Shown here in pieces: positions 51,289 through 58,936 of a stretch of DNA of 64,000 nt. Each line of letters opens with the position of its first letter. Position 1 is the first letter of the stretch. Source of the DNA: an uncultured virus (IMG/VR IMGVR_UViG_3300042556_001362) (lineage: Duplodnaviria > Heunggongvirae > Uroviricota > Caudoviricetes). The notes under the pieces are model-generated. The model was not told the origin of the DNA and did no database searches. It was given only the letters and a program-made list of their open reading frames with translations. The translations under genes and the position numbers were made by a program. The DNA is taken from the IMG/VR virus record IMGVR_UViG_3300042556_001362; one strand, written 5' to 3'.

Positions 51289-51959
51289 GGTTTTCTATCT
51301 CCAGTATGTTCTATAATTTCCCAAAAAAATGGACAGGTGTATCGAATACCACTCTTAATCTCTGTTACTCCGTGAACATAATTCATATCCCCTGGGAAAA
51401 AATATGCTGCACCCTTTTTTGGTTTAAACTGAACACCTTGCAATGGGAAGTATAACTCTCCACCCTCATAGTCTTCGTTTAAATAAAATAGGCTTGAAAG
51501 ATCATAGTTTGGAAAATCATTAGGAAGTCCAGCATCTGGACCTTCATGTAATTCTTTATCTGCATGAGGATTTTGAAATTGTCCTGGAAGCCATCTAACA
51601 ATAGTTGTGCCAGTAGGAATAACTTTTACCTTATAAAACTCTTCAACAATTGGTTGTAATCTTTGAAACAATCCAGCAATAACTGGTGCAATTTTAGGAT
51701 CATTTTTATCTAATGTTGGAGAGGTTGCAACCCTATCTTTCCAATAATCAGAATCGTATACAACTGTGCCATTTTCATTAACATGTGTTTCTGTTACATC
51801 CCATATAGTTATAGACTTAGCAGCCTTTTCTAAGAAATCTATTTCTTCTTGAGTCATAAAGTTTTCTAACTCAACAATCATTTCTTTACTATTTCCAAAC
51901 CACCCAGAAGGTGTCATTGAAGGTTTTCTAACTACTACCGATGCCTGCGTTTTGTCCAT
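51285..51959 (-). CDS. 2OG-Fe(II) oxygenase (P4H-like)
   Basis: HAD...YLNEDYEGGEL...HGVTEIKSGIRY. Confidence 0.9.
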   Translation of the reverse strand: MDKTQASVVVRKPSMTPSGWFGNSKEMIVELENFMTQEEIDFLEKAAKSITIWDVTETHVNENGTVVYDSDYWKDRVATSPTLDKNDPKIAPVIAGLFQRLQPIVEEFYKVKVIPTGTTIVRWLPGQFQNPHADKELHEGPDAGLPNDFPNYDLSSLFYLNEDYEGGELYFPLQGVQFKPKKGAAYFFPGDMNYVHGVTEIKSGIRYTCPFFWEIIEHTGDRKP

Positions 51960-51965
51960 AATTTT

Positions 51966-51974
51966 ATTATATCA
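51966..51974 (-). promoter_or_regulatory. Extended -10 promoter TGATATAAT (likely leaderless mRNA)
   Basis: 6 nt before ATG 51959. Confidence 0.6.
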
Positions 51975-51990
51975 TAGGGTTTTATATCCC

Positions 51991-52446
51991 CTATAACTCC
52001 ATCTGTATTTCTAATTGCTTTAAAAATCTATTTGGGTCAAATCTCCAATTATCCTTAGCAAATGAGGTTACAATTTTAACACATAACTCCTCATAATCTT
52101 TTTTATCTAACTTATCTTTAACTGAATGCAACGCCTCGACAGTATCTATATAGTTTTGCCTAACAAAAGATGGATCTCCAGCATGGTTTCTTCTTAAAAT
52201 TTTAGTATCAACTTTCCCGTTTGGATAATATAAAGATATTTTTTGATGTTGTTTTGCAAATCCTGCATCTTGATACATTTCATATCCCTCTATAGCCTCT
52301 TCTAAACTGTAAAAAGATACAATAGACCTTATTGTTTCTTCTTCATCTCTACATACTGTCAATAAATAATGATATACTTTTTCATTTTTAATTTTGTTAA
52401 GATATTCATTAAGAATATACGTATTTGATGTATTTAATTGACTCAT
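51991..52446 (-). CDS. Hypothetical protein
   Basis: 151 aa ORF inside the oxygenase island; C-terminal FAKDNWRFDPNRF. Confidence 0.6.
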   Translation of the reverse strand: MSQLNTSNTYILNEYLNKIKNEKVYHYLLTVCRDEEETIRSIVSFYSLEEAIEGYEMYQDAGFAKQHQKISLYYPNGKVDTKILRRNHAGDPSFVRQNYIDTVEALHSVKDKLDKKDYEELCVKIVTSFAKDNWRFDPNRFLKQLEIQMEL

Positions 52447-53159
52447 AATGTTGTGTTTGGTAATTTATCTTTTACATAAAGTTTTAAAACTTTAACCTCA
52501 TGATTACCTAAAGACTCTCCCTTTTCATTTATAGCATCCCTATACCAATCAGTCCAACCTCCAGTAGAATTTATTTTTTGTGCTGCCTCGCCATATGAAA
52601 TATTTGCATTTGTTCTTAATCTTTCTTCGTCTTTCCATTCTAACATTTCAATTGTAGTATTATTTAAATTTGTTAAAGATATTGGAATTATAGTTGCTAA
52701 TGGAGTTCCTGCTTTTATAATTACTCTTTCATTTGCCTTTTTTACTTTAATTGCTAAGGGCAATGGATTATCATAAAAAGAAGTACTAATTATATTTGAC
52801 ATTGTTTCAAAATATTCATTAAAATAATTAACTGGATTTATTGTTAAAATACTTATATCGTTATCTGTTTTAAAAATTAAACTAGTATTGAAACTTATTG
52901 ATGATTGTCCTCTTCCGCCATAAGCCCCCGAAGGACTAAATATTTCAACATGTTCGCTAGTTTGATCATTAATCCCATCCCAAATAAAATCAATATCTTC
53001 CAAACAAGAAAGGCTCCAGCCAACAACATTGGCCTGAGTTACTGGGAAACACCTGTATGCATGTTTTTCTGATGTATTATCCATCCAATCTCTTTTAATT
53101 GACATTGGAGTAATAACAAAATTACACCCAGGCATTTTTTCAACTGATATATTTAACAC
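52443..53159 (-). CDS. DUF6065 family protein
   Basis: KRDWMD...HAYRCFPVTQANVVGW...KAGTPLATIIP; GTG start overlapping the upstream TAG. Confidence 0.75.
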   Translation of the reverse strand: MLNISVEKMPGCNFVITPMSIKRDWMDNTSEKHAYRCFPVTQANVVGWSLSCLEDIDFIWDGINDQTSEHVEIFSPSGAYGGRGQSSISFNTSLIFKTDNDISILTINPVNYFNEYFETMSNIISTSFYDNPLPLAIKVKKANERVIIKAGTPLATIIPISLTNLNNTTIEMLEWKDEERLRTNANISYGEAAQKINSTGGWTDWYRDAINEKGESLGNHEVKVLKLYVKDKLPNTTL

Positions 53160-53842
53160 TACTCATTGTCCCATTTTGGATCATACATGTCTGGTGTGTG
53201 ATATTTTTTACTGTAGTCTAACATTGTTACAATAGAATATTTTGTTCCAGAGTGAACGGGCATTGCCTGATGTGGATACATAAAATTAGAGGGGAATATA
53301 TAAAGATCTCCAGCCTTTGGTTTAATATTTAAATTCTGCAATCTAAAATACAACTCTCCGCCATCGTAGTCATCATTAACATATGCAACTAAAGAAACTG
53401 TGCAATTATAAGAATACCCATGATCATGATGCTCTTTAAAATGTTGTTTTGGACCATACTTAATAAAATTAAAAGCCTCCCAATATTTTAATTTCATAAT
53501 ATTGTAGTCTCGTCTATAGTCTTCAACGGCTGCTGCCTGAGCATCGTAAACGTCTTGCCAGAGTTCCTGTAGTTTTAGTGAATCTTCACTTTTATCTTGT
53601 TCTATATCAGTTTTTTTAAATTTAAAATCTACACAATCTCTATAGTCAGGCATTAATTGTTGATAACCTACGTATGCTGGCATCCAATGGTATGCTTTTC
53701 CTTCTGATGATAACTCTCCATACCCAGCAACAGAACCCAAAGTGCTTTCAAGTCTATTAATTACATCAAATTCTTTTTTTATTACTCCACGATAGCAGGT
53801 TATTCCCTGTCCAAGACTTTCTTTTTCTGTCCATGTTTGCAT
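53159..53842 (-). CDS. 2OG-Fe(II) oxygenase (P4H-like)
   Basis: HHD...YVNDDYDGGEL...FPSNFMYPHQAMPVHSGTKY. Confidence 0.9.
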   Translation of the reverse strand: MQTWTEKESLGQGITCYRGVIKKEFDVINRLESTLGSVAGYGELSSEGKAYHWMPAYVGYQQLMPDYRDCVDFKFKKTDIEQDKSEDSLKLQELWQDVYDAQAAAVEDYRRDYNIMKLKYWEAFNFIKYGPKQHFKEHHDHGYSYNCTVSLVAYVNDDYDGGELYFRLQNLNIKPKAGDLYIFPSNFMYPHQAMPVHSGTKYSIVTMLDYSKKYHTPDMYDPKWDNE

Positions 53843-53851
53843 TTTATCCCC

Positions 53852-54619
53852 CTATTTATATTCTCTTTTTGTCCATACTTTACTTTTATATACCCCGCCG
53901 TCAGGCTGTCTATAAAAACTTGCATTATTTACCATTTTATCATACATTTCTGATTGATTTAAAATATCAATTTCATGTTGCCAATCTTCTCTTTTAAATG
54001 GAAGAATTTGTAGATAAGGAGTTCCTGCAGGCAGGGTTCCTTCCCAACCATCTGCAATAAAAAATGGAAAACTACCTAAAAGATGAACTTTATCTGAATC
54101 TACAATACCAGTAGTATTTATAAAAGGTAAGTCAAATCTATTCATGGGCGTCATGAATAAAGCGCTATAGCCTTCTGGTAGTTCTATTCCCCAATCTGGC
54201 ATCCAAGCAAAATGGTTTTTATAAAATCCTTTAGGGTGTTCAAATTGTGGCATTGCTGGCCTTGCGCTACAAAAATCTTTAAACTTTATATCATCTACCT
54301 TAACATCAATTGTGCCTTTAGAATTTTTAAAAAATGTTAAGTCACATGGAGTTTTAAAAGTATATCCCGTCATAAATGCATCTAGAATTGCTGGACAAGC
54401 CTTCCAGGTTGGAATCTTGCCGTAATCATCTTTGGTTCCTGGCTTTGGAAAAGGACAAACCTCTTTTGGTGCTTTATAATATTCTCCATTTGGCATTTTT
54501 GCAAATCTATCTGCATCTTTATACCATTGGGGAATTATGTCTTGTGTTGGAACTGGAACAGAAATACTTTTTTTATTTAACCAAGGTCTAAATGATCTAA
54601 ACTTAACAACTAAAGACAC
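53852..54619 (-). CDS. DUF6065/dUTPase-fold-like protein
   Basis: IPQWYK, TWKACPAILD...GY, LPEGYS, RFDLPF, GIVDSD, AGTPYLQILPFKREDW. Confidence 0.6.
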   Translation of the reverse strand: MSLVVKFRSFRPWLNKKSISVPVPTQDIIPQWYKDADRFAKMPNGEYYKAPKEVCPFPKPGTKDDYGKIPTWKACPAILDAFMTGYTFKTPCDLTFFKNSKGTIDVKVDDIKFKDFCSARPAMPQFEHPKGFYKNHFAWMPDWGIELPEGYSALFMTPMNRFDLPFINTTGIVDSDKVHLLGSFPFFIADGWEGTLPAGTPYLQILPFKREDWQHEIDILNQSEMYDKMVNNASFYRQPDGGVYKSKVWTKREYK

Positions 54620-55332
54620 TACTTATGTCCTAATTCATTGATGTCCGTCATAACTACAACACAATATTTTGCTCCATTTTTCATTGGCAAAGATGCATGT
54701 TCGTAAATATAGTTAGATGGACAAAGCAAGATATCCCCTATTTTTGGAGTATGAGTATAGTTATTAAATCTTGGAAATCTAATCTCTCCACCTTCATAAT
54801 CATCATTAATATATATTACTGCAGAAACTGTACAATTATATGCTGGTCCATGATCTGCGTGGATATTAAAGTGTTTACCTTCACCCTCATATTTTACAAA
54901 ATTAAACGCTTCATAATATACTATATGTATTCCCCAATATTTTGCATAATCATCAACACAAAACTTTAATTTTTGATATATTTCTTCATGTAGATCAAGA
55001 AGTTCCGCATTATGCTCATTCCTTAAACCTAAATTTTCTTTTTTATATTTAAAATCAACACAATCTCTTGCTTTTTTTATTGGTTTTTCTGAGTTTGTAA
55101 CTGTTGCATCTGACCACTTATATTTACCGCCACTATTTAAATTAGATTCAAGTATTTTTATATATCTTTCAGAATCTTCTTTTGAAAATACATTTCTGTA
55201 TAAATTTATACCCAATTCTGGATTTTCAACTACAATATTATTTCCTATAGTTTTTACTGGATATCTATTTGTTGATGTTTCTGATCTATCTTTAGTAAAC
55301 CATGGTATTTGATTTTCATCTTCATATATCAT
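54619..55332 (-). CDS. 2OG-Fe(II) oxygenase (P4H-like)
   Basis: HAD...YINDDYEGGEI...PSNYIYEHASLPMKNGAKY; paralog of 53159-53842; likely start 55332, TGATACAAT at 55359-55367. Confidence 0.9.
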   Translation of the reverse strand: MIYEDENQIPWFTKDRSETSTNRYPVKTIGNNIVVENPELGINLYRNVFSKEDSERYIKILESNLNSGGKYKWSDATVTNSEKPIKKARDCVDFKYKKENLGLRNEHNAELLDLHEEIYQKLKFCVDDYAKYWGIHIVYYEAFNFVKYEGEGKHFNIHADHGPAYNCTVSAVIYINDDYEGGEIRFPRFNNYTHTPKIGDILLCPSNYIYEHASLPMKNGAKYCVVVMTDINELGHK

Positions 55333-55392
55333 ATAAATTATCTCCGTCTCTTTATTATATTGTATCATAAAAAAATGTTTTATTTATTAAAC

Positions 55393-55444
55393 AATAAAAG
55401 TAATAAAAAATATTTAATTTATATTATTTTTTATTACTTTTATT
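55393..55444. repeat. 20-bp perfect inverted repeat in an almost pure A/T spacer
   Basis: AATAAAAGTAATAAAAAATA (55393-55412) / TATTTTTTATTACTTTTATT (55425-55444). Confidence 0.85.
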
Positions 55445-55494
55445 ATTTTTTTATTTGTTTAAAAAAAGATTAACCAAACATAATGTTACTGTTC

Positions 55495-56298
55495 TTACTG
55501 GAATATAATGTTACCGCCACCGAAACCTGGGAAGAACGGGAAGAATGGTGGGAAGAACGGGAAGAATGGTGGGAAGAATGGGAAGAACGGTGGGAAGAAT
55601 GGGAAGAACGGGAAGAATGGTGGGAAGAACGGGAAGAATGGTGGGAAGAACGGGAAGAATGGTGGGAAGAATGGGAAGAACGGTGGGAAGAATGGTGGAA
55701 AAAATGGAGGAGTAGTTACACTACCTGATGCATTTGAGGTTCCTGAGTTACCATTATCGTTAGTTGCATAAACTGTATAAGTTTGTGAAGTATTTGCTTC
55801 TTGAGTAACATTAACACTTGTTGTTCCTGAACCTACTGTAGCGCCTTTTCCATCAGAAGATGCCCAAGTATATCCAGTAATTGCTTTACCACCATTTGCA
55901 GGGGCAGTCCAAGAAACATTATCATTCAATGCTGAAGTTGTTACGCTTGGTGCAGAAGGTGTTGCTGGTACTGTAGTTGCTGTAATAGAGTTAGAGGCAG
56001 ATGAATCAAGTGATGAACCTGATAGGTTATTTCCTTTAACGGTAAATGTATAAGATGTATTGGATTGCAATCCTTCAATTGTTATAGGTGAAGAAGAGCC
56101 AGTTGCTGTATAACCACCTGGTGATGATGTAACTGTAAAAGATGTTGCTGGCGCTCCTGCTCCTTCAGAAAAGGTTACAGTGGCAGCACCGTTGTTAAAT
56201 GCACGAGATGTTCCCACATCAGTTGCTGTTCCAATTGTTGGGATGCCAGGAGCACCCTTCGCAGAGGAACTAATGGTGCCCAGAATATCTGTTGCCAT
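55495..56298 (-). CDS. Two-FN3-domain protein with C-terminal Pro/Phe repeat
   Basis: FN3 signatures (GLQSNTSYTFTVKG; VSWTAPANGGKAITGY) then 9 PPFF + 8 PFF units + PGFGGGNIIFQ. Confidence 0.85.
   Translation of the reverse strand: MATDILGTISSSAKGAPGIPTIGTATDVGTSRAFNNGAATVTFSEGAGAPATSFTVTSSPGGYTATGSSSPITIEGLQSNTSYTFTVKGNNLSGSSLDSSASNSITATTVPATPSAPSVTTSALNDNVSWTAPANGGKAITGYTWASSDGKGATVGSGTTSVNVTQEANTSQTYTVYATNDNGNSGTSNASGSVTTPPFFPPFFPPFFPFFPPFFPFFPPFFPFFPPFFPFFPFFPPFFPFFPPFFPFFPPFFPFFPGFGGGNIIFQ
55528..55710 (-). repeat. Coding tandem repeat (9/12-bp units) encoding (P)PFF
   Basis: GGGAAGAAT/GGGAAGAAC/GGT units on the plus strand; 183 bp = 61 codons, all Pro or Phe. Confidence 0.95.
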
Positions 56299-56327
56299 TA
56301 ACCTACCCTTTCCGTTCTTTAATTAAA

Positions 56328-58424
56328 CTAACTAATATCTCCTACAACGTACCAAACATCTGAACCTTCATATACGCATGTTGCTGAAGAATACTGAGCA
56401 CGAAGTTTTGGAGCAGTAGCGGTTGCACCAGTGCTTCTAATAGTAACTCCAGAGCCTTGTGCAAAAGTAACTTGGCCTGCACCTTTTTGAAGAACAGTTA
56501 TCTGTGATCCAGTTGCGTAAGCAACATCACCTGATGGTGGAATAGTAACTGTAATTGCTGAACCATTAGAGGCTGTTACAACTTTTCCAGCATCACCTAA
56601 AACAAGTGTGTATGTTGTTCCAGTTTGAGCATTAAGTCCTAGATTAATTTTAGGGGCTGTTAAAGTTTTGTTTGTTAAGGTTTCTGCTACATCTTTTAAC
56701 AATGTACCGTTTAGATAAAGTGATTTTCCAGATGCTAAATTAATATGCTCGGAAGATGTCCAAGCGTCTGTAGCGTCAACCCAGTTAAAGGTTTTATCAG
56801 TTGCGCCTTTAAGTGTAATACCACCGCCATCTGCTGTTGTGTCAGTTGGTGATGTTACATCTCCAAGGATTATATTCTTGTCTTCAACAACTAAATTAGT
56901 TGAGTTAATGTTTGTTGTAGTTCCACTTACAGTCAAATCTCCACTAAGTGTTAAATTTGCTGCAGATACTGTTCCTGTAAATGTTGGATCTGCTAAAGGT
57001 GCTTTGGCAGCAAGATCTGTAGTTAATCCAGAAATTTTAGACTGAGCAATTGCTGCAGAGGCATTAATATCTCCATCAACAATAGTTCCATCAGTAATCA
57101 TTGTGCTTGTAACTGTTCCAGTGTCTCCAGTAGTAACAAAGTTAGAATCTGAAAGAGCAGTATTAAATTCGGCTGTTGTTCCGCTTACAGTATTTGTTGC
57201 TAAAGAAATAGATTTGTTAGAAAATGTATTTGTTGATGTTGCGCTAACTGTAATATCGGTTGTAAAAGCAATTGTTCCTGAAGCATCTGGAATTGTAATT
57301 GTTCTGTCAGCAGTTGGATCTACAACAGTTAATGTGGTTTCAAAATCATTTGGTGTAGAACCTTCAAGAACAATGCTTCCATCGGTAATTTGTAGATTGC
57401 TTACTAGTGGACTTGTTAGTGTTTTGTTGGTAAGGGTTTGTGTAGCAGTATCAACAACAAGTGTTCCTGCTGCATCAGGGAATGAAATAGTTATATCAGA
57501 GGTTGGATCTCCCGCAGCAAGAGTAAGTTCATGATCGTTTGCTGTAGTACCTTCAAAAACAACTGATGTACTTAGTACTCCAACAGAAGTAATATCTGAA
57601 AGGTTGCCAGTTGTAATTACTGTACCAGTTACGTCTGGAAGTGTAATAGTACGATCTGCTGTTGGGTCTTGTGCTTGCACAGTAGTTTCAAATTCATTTG
57701 GTGTTGCACCCTCAAATATAATTTGACCAGAAAATACTCCAGTATTAGTAATATCGGACATATTTCCAGTTGTAATTACTGTACCGCTAGCATCTGGGAA
57801 AGTAATTACACGATCTTCAGTTGGATCTCCTGCAGAAAGTGTTAATTCAAAATCATTTGGAGTAGTTCCTTCCATTGTAATGGTTGAACTAAATATTCCA
57901 AGGGCTGTAATATCTGAAAGGTTGCCAGTTGTAATTACTGTACCAGTTACGTCAGGGATTGTAACTGTACGGTCTGCGGTTGGATCTGTAAATTGAAGAG
58001 TAGTTTCAAATGCATTTGCTGTCGCACCTTCCACAACAATTGAACTATCTGAAATTATAAGTCCTGAAATTGATGGACCTTGTAAAGTTTTATTTGTAAG
58101 TGTTTCATGTGTATCACGAAGAACAAGTTGTCCACTTGCATTTGGAATTGTAATTGTGCGATCTTCGGTTGGATCTTCTACTGATAAAGTAGTTTCATAA
58201 GAGTCGGCGGTAGCGCCTTCAAAAGTAATGCTTGTACCAAAAGCAGGATTTGCAGTTGAGTTGGCATCAATAAAATAGTCTATGTCTGCCCAGTGATTTG
58301 TTCCATCACCAATTTTAAATTTATTTGTGTCTGACTCCCACCCCATTTCACCAGCATTTAATACTGGATTTGCTGATGTCCATTGAGCCGCAGTACCTCT
58401 GCGTTGCTGCATTCTGGTTGCCAT
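56328..58424 (-). CDS. Tail fibre protein with Mtd/hyaluronidase-type N-terminus
   Basis: QQRRGTAAQWTSANPVLNAGEMGWESDTNKFKIGDG; six EG.T...E.T....DPT.D..IT.P...G repeats; TLTNKTL repeats; C-terminus WYVVGDIS. Confidence 0.8.
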   Translation of the reverse strand: MATRMQQRRGTAAQWTSANPVLNAGEMGWESDTNKFKIGDGTNHWADIDYFIDANSTANPAFGTSITFEGATADSYETTLSVEDPTEDRTITIPNASGQLVLRDTHETLTNKTLQGPSISGLIISDSSIVVEGATANAFETTLQFTDPTADRTVTIPDVTGTVITTGNLSDITALGIFSSTITMEGTTPNDFELTLSAGDPTEDRVITFPDASGTVITTGNMSDITNTGVFSGQIIFEGATPNEFETTVQAQDPTADRTITLPDVTGTVITTGNLSDITSVGVLSTSVVFEGTTANDHELTLAAGDPTSDITISFPDAAGTLVVDTATQTLTNKTLTSPLVSNLQITDGSIVLEGSTPNDFETTLTVVDPTADRTITIPDASGTIAFTTDITVSATSTNTFSNKSISLATNTVSGTTAEFNTALSDSNFVTTGDTGTVTSTMITDGTIVDGDINASAAIAQSKISGLTTDLAAKAPLADPTFTGTVSAANLTLSGDLTVSGTTTNINSTNLVVEDKNIILGDVTSPTDTTADGGGITLKGATDKTFNWVDATDAWTSSEHINLASGKSLYLNGTLLKDVAETLTNKTLTAPKINLGLNAQTGTTYTLVLGDAGKVVTASNGSAITVTIPPSGDVAYATGSQITVLQKGAGQVTFAQGSGVTIRSTGATATAPKLRAQYSSATCVYEGSDVWYVVGDIS

Positions 58425-58464
58425 TTATTACTCCTTTGGTGTATGTATATATTATAACAGATAA

Positions 58465-58917
58465 TTAATTAAAATTATCAACAGCCGTTCCACCATCATA
58501 TGTTGCTTCAAATGATGCTGTATTATATAGCCCACCACTTACAAGAACTCCTGGCTCGTTGTATGCTCCACCACTAATAAAAGTACTTACGATTAAACCA
58601 TTTCCGTCAATTGCTGTATCATGAATGTGATCTTGAAGTGATTCTGCATCTTCTAATGTTGCAATTGCAAGCCATTCACCACTGTAGTAAACATGTACAC
58701 GTTCTGTTAATGTATCAAACCATAAATTTCCATTTGCTGGAGTTGCTGGCTTTGTTGTTCCAATTGTTGGGGTTCCAACTGCTGTATCTACATATAGTTT
58801 TGTTGCTGCATGTGCATTTTGAGTAGGTGTGGCAACTGTAACAGTTCCTCCAAAAGTACCGCCTTCGGCAACGTTAATGCCGTGCTTTACTCTAAAGTCC
58901 TTATTTACGGTTGCCAC
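58465..58917 (-). CDS. Small tail-fibre-associated protein
   Basis: HAATKLYVD, PATPANGNLWFDT; N-terminus shared with 58937-61063. Confidence 0.6.
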   Translation of the reverse strand: MATVNKDFRVKHGINVAEGGTFGGTVTVATPTQNAHAATKLYVDTAVGTPTIGTTKPATPANGNLWFDTLTERVHVYYSGEWLAIATLEDAESLQDHIHDTAIDGNGLIVSTFISGGAYNEPGVLVSGGLYNTASFEATYDGGTAVDNFN

Positions 58918-58936
58918 TTCCGACCTCTATTTCTAT

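Noticed and set aside
55528..55710. Possible CRISPR or mini-array
   Set aside because: Contiguous in-frame 9/12-bp units with no unique spacers
55483..55771. Plus-strand ORFs with WEEREEW and GKNGGKN repeats
   Set aside because: Antisense shadows of the Pro/Phe repeat; the minus-strand frame is continuous with real FN3 domains
57589..57953. 47-bp direct repeat as a DGR template/variable repeat, given the Mtd-like N-terminus
   Set aside because: Both copies are identical and in-frame, with no adenine-specific mismatches and no reverse transcriptase in the window
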